A stretch of 32,000 bases of DNA from Thermodesulfobacterium commune DSM 2178 (GCF_000734015.1 NZ_CP008796.1:870001-902000), one strand, 5' to 3'; positions 1 through 8,870 are shown, numbered from the stretch's first letter. Numbers and translations: made by a program. The notes: generated by a model from the letters alone, not told the origin.

Positions 1-379
1 AGGCATCCTTTCTCTCCCAAAGGCCTACATTTTCTAACAAATCTTTGATTTTTTCTTTTAACTGACTTATTTTATGAAGTTTTCCATAGATAAACATATT
101 CTCGTATACTGTCAAATCTCTATCTAAGTTATTTTCCTGAGGAACCACACCGATAAATTTTTTTATTTCATAGGCCTTTTTTATCACATCAAAACCGTTG
201 ATAAAACATCTACCAGCATCAGGCTTGGTTAAGGTAGTTAAAATTTTTACTATCGTAGTTTTTCCTGCACCGTTTGGGCCAAGAAGTCCAAAAATCTCTC
301 CTGATTTTATCTCAAAACTTACCCCATCAACTGCCTTGACCTTCCCATAGTATTTAACAAGCCCTTCAACCTTAATCAT
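1..379 (-). CDS. ABC transporter ATP-binding protein; N-terminal part only, gene runs off the window start
   Basis: Not in the ORF track. Minus-strand translation from ATG (379..377) reads MIKVEGLVKYYGKVKAVDGVSFEIKSGEIFGLLGPNGAGKTTIVKIL... with Walker A GPNGAGKT. The frame stays open to position 1. Confidence 0.85.
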   Translation of the reverse strand, partial: MIKVEGLVKYYGKVKAVDGVSFEIKSGEIFGLLGPNGAGKTTIVKILTTLTKPDAGRCFINGFDVIKKAYEIKKFIGVVPQENNLDRDLTVYENMFIYGKLHKISQLKEKIKDLLENVGLWERKDA

Positions 380-458
380 AAAAAAAACCCTTTCATCGAC
401 AAAAAACTAACATAAAAAGAATTTTTCTTCACTTTTTCAACCAACTTTTTTAAAGTTA

Positions 459-487
459 ATAATACCTTGTATTTAAGCACTATGCAA
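459..487 (-). promoter_or_regulatory. candidate sigma70-type promoter for the ABC ATPase gene
   Basis: Minus strand: TTGCAT (487..482), 17-nt spacer, TATTAT (464..459), about 75 nt upstream of the ATG at 379. Hexamer match only, in AT-rich DNA. Confidence 0.3.
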
Positions 488-857
488 TCCTAAATCCTTA
501 GGAAAATTCAAAATATTCTTCTACCCGTTCTTTTACTCCAAAATCATTCAAACAGTCAAAACGATAACAGTAAAAAGGGAATTAAGACTTTTTGGACATA
601 GAAAAAACAACTTACCCCTTATTTTTCAAAAATTATCTCTTAAAACAATTTGCCTTGTTAAAATAGATCTTTAATAGAATAGGCTACAGGGCAGGGAATG
701 ATTTGAGAGGTTAGTTTGTAGGAGGATGGTATGACCTACCAGTAGTAACCTGCCCTATTTAAAAAATATGGGTGATTGATAGGTTTATTGAAGGGGTTTA
801 CGTGTGGTGAGTGTGGTAGGGAATAGATGTCTGAAAGGGTGTTTTACACCTTAGGAA

Positions 858-944
858 TGGTGCCGGGGGCGGGACTTGAACCCGCACGGAGGTATCTCCA
901 CTGGATCCTGAATCCAGCGCGTCTACCTATTCCGCCACCCCGGC
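858..944 (-). tRNA. tRNA-Leu (anticodon CAG), class II with long variable arm, CCA encoded
   Basis: The reverse complement folds as a cloverleaf. Acceptor GCCGGGG/CCCCGGC; anticodon stem CTGGA/TCCAG with loop TTCAGGA; variable arm GGAG-ATAC-CTCC; T arm GCGGG-TTCAAGT-CCCGC; terminal ACCA. Much more GC-rich than its flanks. Confidence 0.93.
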
Positions 945-3449
945 TATGAAAGGATATTTAACAAGAAGTTCTTCTTCTGGCAAGGGTTTATCAAACAAGA
1001 AGCCCTGTACGTAAGTACAACCAATTTGTTTTATTATATCAAGTTGTCCCTGGGTTTCAACCCCCTCAGCTAAAGTCTCTATACCTAATTTTTGGGCTAA
1101 AAGTACTATCACTTCAACCAAGTCCTTATCTTTCTTATTTTTTATTATATCTTTAATAAAACTCATATCTATTTTTATCACATCGATCGGTAAAAACCTT
1201 AAACAACTTAACGCACAATACCCAGTCCCGAAATCATCTATCATCACCTTTATATTTTTCTCTTTAATCCTTTTTAAAATCTCTTTCGCATATAATATAT
1301 TTTCTATAAAAACCCTTTCTGTAATCTCTAATCTGACTTCCTTATGTTGAAAACGCGACAGAAACCTCTCTATAAAATCCTCTCTATTAAAAGAACGGGC
1401 AGAAATGTTAACCGAAATAGGTACCCTAAACCTCTCAGTCTTTTTACTTATCTCCTCAAACATCCACTCCTCAAATTTAGGTAAAAACCGGCTCCTCTCC
1501 AGATAATCTATAAACTGTGATGGGTTGTAAACCGTACCATCTACCTTTATCCTAACCAAAGCCTCTAACCCTGCTAAAGAAAGGTCTTCCACCTTAAAAT
1601 AAGGTTGGTAGTAAAAAACAAAAAGATTCTCTTTTAAAGCCTTTTCTAAGAGATAATCTAAAGAAATGATCTCCTGTGCTTTTAACTCCATAAATTGAGC
1701 AAAAAATCTAAATTCTCCTGCTCCAACTTTTTTAGCCTCACTTAAGGCAAGAGATGCCTTTTCGAGTAAATCCCTAAAATTACCTCCATCTTGAGGATAA
1801 AAACTAATACCGATGTTTGTAGAAAGGGCTATTTCTTGCCCGTCTATATTAAAGACCATTTCTTTTATCAAAGAAAGCTTCTCTATCAATCCTTGAATAT
1901 TATGATATTCCTTCTTTTCCAAAAAACAAGCAAACTCATCAGATCCGATCCTGGCTGTTAATTGATTGCTTTTTTGAAAAAGACTTTTAAAAAAATTACC
2001 TAACTCTTTTAAAATCCTATTTCCTGTCTCAAAACCATAAGTTTGGTTTACGTAAACAAAATTGAATATGTCTAAAACTATCAAACAGCCTTCGTCCACT
2101 CTTTCCAAAATCTTATTAACTCTTTTCTCAAGCCCATCAAGGTTTAAAAGACCGGTAAGTAAATCCTCTGTGGTGACCTTCTCTAATTTATAGATAAGTT
2201 CTCTCTCTGTACTAACATCTCTCCCTATTAAAAGATACCTGCGTTCTTTTTCTGAAATTCTTAAAGGATATATCTTAGTCTGTAAATAAATATTGTTCTT
2301 GGTGCAGAATAAAATATCCGAAAACTCTTTATCTTCTTGTGATATAACCTGAAAAAAAGTTTGATTAAAATCATAATCAAGACCCTGCAAGCCTAATATC
2401 TCTAAAGATTTCCCATAAAGTTCTTCAAAACTGAGGCCACAACTCTTAGATACAGTTTCATTACAAAAAGTTATCCTTCCTCTTTCGTCTAAAACTATTA
2501 TAGCTGCAGGAGATTTGATAAGAGCCTGAGAGATAATAACATTATTTTTGATCTCCTCTATCCGCTTTAAAGCAAACTCTATGTCTCCCCTCAGCTCTTC
2601 TAAAAGCCCTAAAGTTTCATCGGTAAAAAAATTGGGCTCCTTAGCATAAAGCCCTAACACACAATAGGGATTACCATCTTTATAGATAGGTATCCCTGCT
2701 ACTGAAAGATACTGCCTCTTCAAAGCCTCTTCTCTCCAAGGATAAAAACGAGGGTCAGTTCTTATGTCAGAGATTATGACAATTCTGTTTTCTCTTAATG
2801 CTGTACCCAAAGCCCCTCTTCCCTCAGGAACATCTCCACTTACAGAAACCCTGATTTTTTCAAAAAGTCCTGCCTCATATCCATAGTAATACATAGGTTT
2901 AATAAGTAGTGTCTCCCAATCAGGAAACCCTACCCAAACAAACCTAAGCCCTATCTTCTCTACCAGGTTTTTACAAATCTTCTCAAAAACCTCCTCTTCG
3001 GTTAGGGAACTGGTTATCGTCTGGTTAACCTCTCTAAGCATCAAAACTATGTTTTCAAGCCTTTTCTGCCTGGTAATATCTATCAAAACCACAAAACCTG
3101 CTGGCTTACCCTGATAGGTGATGGTGTTGGCAAAAGTAAGGGTATACCTTATCTCCCCAGTTTTTCTTAAAATTTTTAATTCGTTATAAACCCTTGTAAA
3201 CCTTTCCCCTCTAAGTCTTCTTTCCACTATGGATTTAAGATATTCTTTCTCTTCGGTTGGGAAAATATCCAAAATACTCATCCTGTTTAACTCTTCTAAG
3301 TAATATCCAGTAAGTTCTAAGAAAAACTTATTAGCATAAGCTATGTTTTCCTGATAAATCAGAACTCCTACCGAGGGAGCATCTAAGATAGCCTCGGCGA
3401 TATCTTTCAAATGAGCACATTCTTTAGTTTGTAGTTCATAAATCTCCAT
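927..3449 (-). CDS. PAS-GAF-PAS-GGDEF(degenerate)-EAL c-di-GMP signalling protein, probably a phosphodiesterase
   Basis: 840-aa ORF. The GGDEF-position motif reads RIGSDEF. EAL-domain residues are all present by eye: EALVR, NISARS, EITE, DDFGTGY, KIDMSF, EGVETQ, QGFLF. A GAF-like block (GALGTAL...AGIPI) lies between two PAS-like blocks. SD AAGAGGA precedes the ATG. Confidence 0.9.
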   Translation of the reverse strand: MEIYELQTKECAHLKDIAEAILDAPSVGVLIYQENIAYANKFFLELTGYYLEELNRMSILDIFPTEEKEYLKSIVERRLRGERFTRVYNELKILRKTGEIRYTLTFANTITYQGKPAGFVVLIDITRQKRLENIVLMLREVNQTITSSLTEEEVFEKICKNLVEKIGLRFVWVGFPDWETLLIKPMYYYGYEAGLFEKIRVSVSGDVPEGRGALGTALRENRIVIISDIRTDPRFYPWREEALKRQYLSVAGIPIYKDGNPYCVLGLYAKEPNFFTDETLGLLEELRGDIEFALKRIEEIKNNVIISQALIKSPAAIIVLDERGRITFCNETVSKSCGLSFEELYGKSLEILGLQGLDYDFNQTFFQVISQEDKEFSDILFCTKNNIYLQTKIYPLRISEKERRYLLIGRDVSTERELIYKLEKVTTEDLLTGLLNLDGLEKRVNKILERVDEGCLIVLDIFNFVYVNQTYGFETGNRILKELGNFFKSLFQKSNQLTARIGSDEFACFLEKKEYHNIQGLIEKLSLIKEMVFNIDGQEIALSTNIGISFYPQDGGNFRDLLEKASLALSEAKKVGAGEFRFFAQFMELKAQEIISLDYLLEKALKENLFVFYYQPYFKVEDLSLAGLEALVRIKVDGTVYNPSQFIDYLERSRFLPKFEEWMFEEISKKTERFRVPISVNISARSFNREDFIERFLSRFQHKEVRLEITERVFIENILYAKEILKRIKEKNIKVMIDDFGTGYCALSCLRFLPIDVIKIDMSFIKDIIKNKKDKDLVEVIVLLAQKLGIETLAEGVETQGQLDIIKQIGCTYVQGFLFDKPLPEEELLVKYPFIAGVAE
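955..983 (-). promoter_or_regulatory. candidate internal promoter for tRNA-Leu, inside the 3' end of the EAL-protein gene
   Basis: Minus strand: TTGCCA (983..978), 17-nt spacer, TAAATA (960..955), 10 nt before the mature tRNA 5' end at 944. Confidence 0.3.
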
Positions 3450-3529
3450 CCTAAGTCCTCTTTTTAGGTCTTATATATTTAAGATTGTATAAAAAAATCT
3501 AAACAAAGTAAAGGAAAAAATTTAAAGTT

Positions 3530-4054
3530 TTATATCCAAGAGACTACTTCACGGATTGGTTTTCTATGAGGAGGTGTGGGAATTTTAGCAGGATATCCCA
3601 TAGGAATAAGAGCTACAGGTCTTACTTTATTGGTTAAACCGACTATCTTTTTTACCGCTTCTTCGTCAAAAGCTCCAACCCAGCAACTACCAATTCCTAA
3701 AGAGGCAGCAGCTAAAAGCATGTTTTGAACAGCTGCAGCTGTATCTTGAAGGCAGTATAGTTCCTCTCCTCGTTTACCATAACGGGAGCTTGATATCCAG
3801 GGTAAAGCACATACTACGATAACTACAGGTGCCTGGGCGATAAAAGTTTGGTTTAAGGCTGCGATAGATAAAAGTTTTTTGAGTTCTGGGTTACGCACCA
3901 CGACAAAATGCCAGGGCTGGAGATTACCGGCTGAAGGTGCCCAGATAGCGGCTTCTAAAATAAGCTTTAAATCTTCTTCTGGAATAGGGTCTTTTTTAAA
4001 CGACCTTATACTTCTTCTGTTTTTTATTAACTCAAGTACTGGGTTTAATCCCAT
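3530..4054 (-). CDS. nitroreductase-family oxidoreductase
   Basis: 174 aa. N-terminal RRSIRSF...P followed by APSAGNLQPW, typical of the FMN nitroreductase fold. Confidence 0.85.
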   Translation of the reverse strand: MGLNPVLELIKNRRSIRSFKKDPIPEEDLKLILEAAIWAPSAGNLQPWHFVVVRNPELKKLLSIAALNQTFIAQAPVVIVVCALPWISSSRYGKRGEELYCLQDTAAAVQNMLLAAASLGIGSCWVGAFDEEAVKKIVGLTNKVRPVALIPMGYPAKIPTPPHRKPIREVVSWI

Positions 4055-4078
4055 TTTTCCTCCTTAAACACAGAACTT

Positions 4079-4561
4079 TTAATTACAGCTTACATATTTG
4101 TTTAAAATGTTTAAAAAAGCTCCTGCTGATTTAAAACCTATCATTTTTTCTATCACCTTACCCTCTGGGTTCAAAAGGTAGGTGGTAGGAACTTTAGAAA
4201 AATCTGGAAAAATCTTGTTAAGGTTGTTTGGAGCTAAACCAACCTCATAAGTTAATTGTTTAGAGTTCACCAATTTAGGAAGAAGATATCCTGATTCTTT
4301 GTCTACCATAAGAGACACTACTTGAACCTTAGAGGCAGGACAAACCTTAGATATCTTGTTTAAAGCATTTAATTCTATCATACAAGAAGCACAGTAGCTT
4401 GCAAACAGATTGAGCAGCACATACTTTCCTCTATGGTTAGTAAGACTATGTTTGGCACCTTTATAGGTATAATATTCAAAATTAAGGGATGAGGTATAAC
4501 CAGAAGAAACACCAAGAAACACACACAAAACTAACACCATCAAACCTTTCCTAAACCTCAT
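4079..4561 (-). CDS. secreted TlpA/redoxin-like thiol-disulfide oxidoreductase
   Basis: 160 aa. Hydrophobic N-terminal signal sequence, CxxC active site (YCASC), thioredoxin-fold length. Confidence 0.75.
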   Translation of the reverse strand: MRFRKGLMVLVLCVFLGVSSGYTSSLNFEYYTYKGAKHSLTNHRGKYVLLNLFASYCASCMIELNALNKISKVCPASKVQVVSLMVDKESGYLLPKLVNSKQLTYEVGLAPNNLNKIFPDFSKVPTTYLLNPEGKVIEKMIGFKSAGAFLNILNKYVSCN

Positions 4562-4636
4562 TTTTTAATCCTCCTGATATAGTTTTATATTTATTAATAT
4601 AACATCTCAACTATTTTATCCAAGGGGGTTATTTTG

Positions 4637-5296
4637 TTAGCTTACCTCAAAAACTTTTCCGTTTTCTAACTTTAAGATCTCATCTCCAACCGTAAAGGCA
4701 AAGGGACTATCGTGGGTGGCTATAACTATGGTAGTGGTTTTTTGTTCTTTGATCTGAATTAAAAGTCTTTCGATAAGCTTTACGTTCTCAGCATCTACAA
4801 AAGCTGTAGGTTCGTCTAAAAAGAGAAACTCAGGTTTTATCACCATCGCCCTTGCAAGGCCCATCCTCTTTGCCTCTCCACTTGAAAGGGTTAATGCGTT
4901 TTGCTTTTTTTTATGCGACAGTCCTACGAAATCAAGCACTTCTTCTACTTTAGAGTTTATCTCTTTTTTGTTAAAACCCCTTATTTTTAATCCATAGGCT
5001 ACGTTATCAAAAACTGAAGTATTGAAAATACCTACCTCAGGAAATACATAAGTAATTTTTCTAAGAAGATTAATATCTTTAGGTAAAATCTTATTGGTTG
5101 AATTGTAGTAATGGACCTCTCCTTTATCAGGTGTTTCAAGTAAAGCACAGATTTTTAAAAAGGTAGTTTTTCCACTTCCATTAGGCCCCATTACTACGTA
5201 GACCTTTTTCTCATCAAACACATAGGATAGGTCTTTTAAAACGGTTTTGTCCCCATATCCCTTCCAAAGGTTAGAAATTACCAGTTTTAAACTCAT
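4637..5296 (-). CDS. tupC: tungstate ABC transporter ATP-binding protein
   Basis: Walker A GPNGSGKTT, signature LSSGE, Walker B LFLDEPT. Overlaps the permease gene by 4 nt. The tungstate assignment comes from context with TupA. Confidence 0.8.
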   Translation of the reverse strand: MSLKLVISNLWKGYGDKTVLKDLSYVFDEKKVYVVMGPNGSGKTTFLKICALLETPDKGEVHYYNSTNKILPKDINLLRKITYVFPEVGIFNTSVFDNVAYGLKIRGFNKKEINSKVEEVLDFVGLSHKKKQNALTLSSGEAKRMGLARAMVIKPEFLFLDEPTAFVDAENVKLIERLLIQIKEQKTTTIVIATHDSPFAFTVGDEILKLENGKVFEVS

Positions 5297-5997
5297 GGGT
5301 TGGTTCTTATTTCTTTTTTTTGAATATAGTATAGCAAAAGATTGATCAAAAAAGAGATAGAAAGAAGGATTATACCTAAAGCAAGGGCAAGCTCGAAGTT
5401 TCCTTTATCGGTTTCCAAAGCTATGGTGGTAGTCATAACCCGGGTATAACCGGCGATATTTCCTCCTACGATCAAAATAGCTCCTACTTCAGCCATTACC
5501 CTTCCTAATCCACCCAAGATCCCTGTAAATATCCCATAGCGGGCTTCTTTTATCAAGGTCAAGGTAATCTGGAAAGGAGTAGCTCCAAGGGTTTTGGCCG
5601 TAAGTTTGATTATAGGGCTAACCTTTCTTACAGAGGCTTGAGAGATAGAAGCCACTATAGGAAAAGCCAGGATAAACTGTGCGATTACCATAGCGGTAGG
5701 GGTATAAAGGAGGTTTAAAAAACCTAAAGGCCCACTTCTTGAAAAAAGCATATAAAGAAAAAGACCAACCACCACAGGAGGCAGCCCCATCCCGGTATTA
5801 AAAAAAATTATAACCAAACTCTTACCTGGAAAATCTTTCATTCCTAAGAAGGCCCCAAACGGAACTCCAAAAAAAGAAGCTAATAAAATTGCAGAAAGAG
5901 ATACTTTTAAAGAAAGCAAGATGATCTCAAGAAGTTCTCTATCTAAATTAACGATAAGAAAAAAGGCCTGTTTAAAAGCCTCTATCAAAAAATCCAT
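5293..5997 (-). CDS. tupB: tungstate ABC transporter permease
   Basis: 234-aa polytopic membrane protein of the binding-protein-dependent permease type, sandwiched between tupA and tupC. Confidence 0.8.
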   Translation of the reverse strand: MDFLIEAFKQAFFLIVNLDRELLEIILLSLKVSLSAILLASFFGVPFGAFLGMKDFPGKSLVIIFFNTGMGLPPVVVGLFLYMLFSRSGPLGFLNLLYTPTAMVIAQFILAFPIVASISQASVRKVSPIIKLTAKTLGATPFQITLTLIKEARYGIFTGILGGLGRVMAEVGAILIVGGNIAGYTRVMTTTIALETDKGNFELALALGIILLSISFLINLLLYYIQKKEIRTNP

Positions 5998-5999
5998 GG

Positions 6000-6815
6000 C
6001 TACCTATACTTAGGGATAAAAAGTACGTTTCCCAAGTTATCTTTAAAAGATCCTATGAGTTTTTGTCCCTCAGGAGAGGTAATCCAGTCTATAAATTTCA
6101 TAGCCCCTTCATAGTTTACATAAGGATGCTTTTTAGGATTTACAGCCATAACGCTGTATACATTATAAAGAAGAGGATCCCCTTCAAAAAGGACAGTTAA
6201 ATATTTTAAACGGCCTTTCGTAGCAAGCCATGTTCCCCTATCAGTAAGGGTGTAAGCGTCTTTTTCGTTAGCTATAAATAAAGTCTTTTCCATCCCCTGA
6301 CCAGACTCCAGATACCAGGGTTTTCCTTTAGGATTAAGGCCTGCTAATTCCCATATTTTCAGTTCTTTAAAATGGGTCCCTGACCTATCTCCTCGGGAAA
6401 CAAAAAAAGCTCTGGCTTGGGCAATCTGTTTAAAGGTAGAAACCACGTCTTTAGACCCTTTTATCTTAGCTGGATCATGCTTAGGACCAACGATGATAAA
6501 ATCGTTATAGCACACCTCTTTTCTATTAACAAAAAACCCTTCTTTTATGGCTTGAAGCTCAAGGTCTTTTGCATGAACAAACACTGCATCCACATCTCCC
6601 CTTTTCCCCATTTCAAGCACAGCCCCTGTGCCTCTGGCAACCACCTTTACCTTTATTCCGGTCTTCTTTTCAAACTGAGGTAAAAGATAACTTAACAGTC
6701 CTGAATTTTCTACAGAAGTGGTTGTACCAAGAATCAACATTTTTTCTTTAGCAAAGACAGAATCTGTAAAAAATAAAAGCAAAAAAACAACGAGCAAAAT
6801 AGCTTTTATTTTCAT
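6000..6815 (-). CDS. tupA: tungstate-binding periplasmic protein
   Basis: Signal peptide followed by TupA-type motifs: GTTTSVENSGLL, GTGAVLEMGKRGDVDAVFVH, YNDFIIVGP, SRGDRSGT, GQGM. Confidence 0.85.
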   Translation of the reverse strand: MKIKAILLVVFLLLFFTDSVFAKEKMLILGTTTSVENSGLLSYLLPQFEKKTGIKVKVVARGTGAVLEMGKRGDVDAVFVHAKDLELQAIKEGFFVNRKEVCYNDFIIVGPKHDPAKIKGSKDVVSTFKQIAQARAFFVSRGDRSGTHFKELKIWELAGLNPKGKPWYLESGQGMEKTLFIANEKDAYTLTDRGTWLATKGRLKYLTVLFEGDPLLYNVYSVMAVNPKKHPYVNYEGAMKFIDWITSPEGQKLIGSFKDNLGNVLFIPKYR

Positions 6816-6820
6816 GTTAT

Positions 6821-7771
6821 CTACCCCATTGAGGTTTTATTTTTAAGTATTTTTTGTATAAATTCAAGAAGGCCTTCTACCTTTATAGAAAAATCTAAAA
6901 AAAATAGGTTTTCAGACCATGGAAGTTTAACTCCATCTTTTAAGGTGGTGAGGTAGTTTTCTTTAGACGATAGTTCAAAGGCTCGATAATCGTAATGGTC
7001 TGGGAAAGCAATAAAGCGTTTGATTCTAAGACCTAAACGTTTTATAGTATCTAAAAACTGGGTATTATCTCCAAGCCCACAAAAGGCTATAAACTCTTTT
7101 TTTGGAGGAGACACAGGCTCTAACCTGTAATTTAAAACCTGCCAGTTTTCTCGGTAAAGCTTAAACACTGGTTTTTGGTCAAACTCAAAATCAAAAGGGA
7201 AAAGTTCTTGATAGGTAAGGATAAAGGCGGTAGCTCTTTTTAATCCTGAAAGAGGTTCTCTCAGTTTCCCAAAAGGTAATACCTTTTGGGTCAGGTCTTC
7301 TTTTTTTAAAAGCACAAGGTCTATGTCTCTAAAAAGTCTTCTGTGTTGGAATCCGTCATCAAGAAGGATAAGGTTTGCCCCAAACTCTTTAACCGCTCTT
7401 CTGGCCCCTCTTACCCTATCTTCGTCAACGATAATCACCAGGTCCAAACCTTTTTTCTCAAACACCTTAGCCAAAAAGTAAGGCTCATCCCCTGCCTTTT
7501 CCACCGGCTGAAGAACTTTTTTTTGAAAATAAACTAACTGAAAACCCTTAGATCTTCTTTTATAACCTCTTGATACTATGGCTACCTTACCTAAACAAGA
7601 AAGCTTTTCAGCCAGATACCTTACCAAAGAGGTTTTTCCACTCCCCCCTACAGAAAGATTCCCAACCGAAATAACCGGGACCTCTAACTTAAAACTTTTA
7701 AAAACTCCCAGATCATAAAGAAAATTTCTTAGGGTTATTAAATAACAGTATGGATTTAAAAGATTTAGCAT
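6821..7771 (-). CDS. lpxK: tetraacyldisaccharide 4'-kinase (lipid A biosynthesis)
   Basis: 316 aa. LpxK P-loop VISVGNLSVGGSGKT, then SRGY and DDGFQH motifs. Confidence 0.9.
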   Translation of the reverse strand: MLNLLNPYCYLITLRNFLYDLGVFKSFKLEVPVISVGNLSVGGSGKTSLVRYLAEKLSCLGKVAIVSRGYKRRSKGFQLVYFQKKVLQPVEKAGDEPYFLAKVFEKKGLDLVIIVDEDRVRGARRAVKEFGANLILLDDGFQHRRLFRDIDLVLLKKEDLTQKVLPFGKLREPLSGLKRATAFILTYQELFPFDFEFDQKPVFKLYRENWQVLNYRLEPVSPPKKEFIAFCGLGDNTQFLDTIKRLGLRIKRFIAFPDHYDYRAFELSSKENYLTTLKDGVKLPWSENLFFLDFSIKVEGLLEFIQKILKNKTSMG

Positions 7772-8763
7772 TCCTTAAAAAAACTATGTTTTGTTTGAGA
7801 GTTCTTTTTATTTAAAAGGTCTTTTGTACCCATCACAAAAAAAATGACTCCACCTATCATAGCACTAAGATACTGGCTGAGTATTCTCCAAAGCATGGCA
7901 AAGATCCCTATGGACTCAACAGTTAAAAAATCTTTAAAAACTACTATAGCCCCTAATTCTCCTACCCCACTTCCTCCTGGGGTAGGGCTTATAAAGATAG
8001 CATAGAGTAAAGGGAGTTGGTTTGAAAACAAAGCCCAAAAAGGAGCTTCTTGATGAAAAGCCTTAACCAAAAAAATTCCTACCATAAGAAAGGAAATGTA
8101 CATAAAAAGACTAAAAAGAATGGCTAAAAAAAACACTTTTTTATGGATTTTAAAGAAATTTTTACAAATAAGTAAATATTTCAAAAAATTAAACTTTAAC
8201 CTAAACAAAAACGAACCAGAAACAATCTGAGGTCTTTTTTTAAAAATAACCTTTCCTACTATAAAACCCAAACCAAAAATAGCCAACAAACTTCCTATTA
8301 TCAGTAAAAGCTCTAAGGCCTTTTCAGGATGCTTTACGAGATTTTCTAACATAAAAGGGAAAAACAAAAGATAAAAAACTAAACCGGCAAAACCTTTGAG
8401 GGTAATTACACTCAGAATCTGAGCTATCTCACCTCCTACCCTTCTTAAAGTATAAAAGGGAAAAATCTCACCACCTAAATGAGCAGGGGTTATGGTAGCT
8501 CCAAAGGTGCTTACCAAAGAAACCTGATATCCATACCAAAAAGGATACCTAAAACCCAGAGCCCTTGAAATAAAAAACACCCTTAGGTTATCGAAAGTAT
8601 GAAAAGAAAACAAGGATAAAAAGGAAAAAAGCAGATGCTTCTTGTTTAAAGAAAAAAGAACCCCTTTTAAATTAGGCGGAATATGTCTGAGAAATATGTA
8701 TAAAAAAGAAAGACATACTACCAAAAGGGTTAAAAATATTCCGTAAACAATATTTTTATACAT
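7765..8763 (-). CDS. flippase-like / LPG-synthase-TM family (UPF0104) integral membrane protein
   Basis: 332-aa polytopic protein with the family-typical PTPGGSGVGE motif. Its stop overlaps the lpxK start (ATGCTAA). Confidence 0.7.
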   Translation of the reverse strand: MYKNIVYGIFLTLLVVCLSFLYIFLRHIPPNLKGVLFSLNKKHLLFSFLSLFSFHTFDNLRVFFISRALGFRYPFWYGYQVSLVSTFGATITPAHLGGEIFPFYTLRRVGGEIAQILSVITLKGFAGLVFYLLFFPFMLENLVKHPEKALELLLIIGSLLAIFGLGFIVGKVIFKKRPQIVSGSFLFRLKFNFLKYLLICKNFFKIHKKVFFLAILFSLFMYISFLMVGIFLVKAFHQEAPFWALFSNQLPLLYAIFISPTPGGSGVGELGAIVVFKDFLTVESIGIFAMLWRILSQYLSAMIGGVIFFVMGTKDLLNKKNSQTKHSFFKEC

Positions 8764-8792
8764 ATAAAGTTATAAATATCAAAACCTAACAA

Positions 8793-8820
8793 TTTACAAA
8801 CGTTTATTTTGTGTTATGAT
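8793..8820 (+). promoter_or_regulatory. candidate promoter for the HIT gene
   Basis: TTTACA (8793..8798), 16-nt spacer, TGtTATGAT extended -10 (hexamer 8815..8820), 50 nt upstream of the ATG at 8871. Confidence 0.35.
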
Positions 8821-8870
8821 TAGGTATTTATCATTTTACCCTTAAATTCGTCTTTAGAAAAGGGGGAAAT

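Noticed and set aside
769-839. A G-quadruplex formed from the four GGG/GGGG runs in the G-rich tract.
   Set aside because: The loops between runs are about 15-22 nt, far beyond canonical G4 loop lengths. The skew is better explained as a C-rich rut-like tract on the transcribed strand.
380-944. tRNA-Leu as an integration site with an adjacent genomic island or prophage remnant.
   Set aside because: No integrase, no phage or transposon genes, and no direct repeat of the tRNA 3' end anywhere in the window. The flanking genes are ordinary chromosomal genes.
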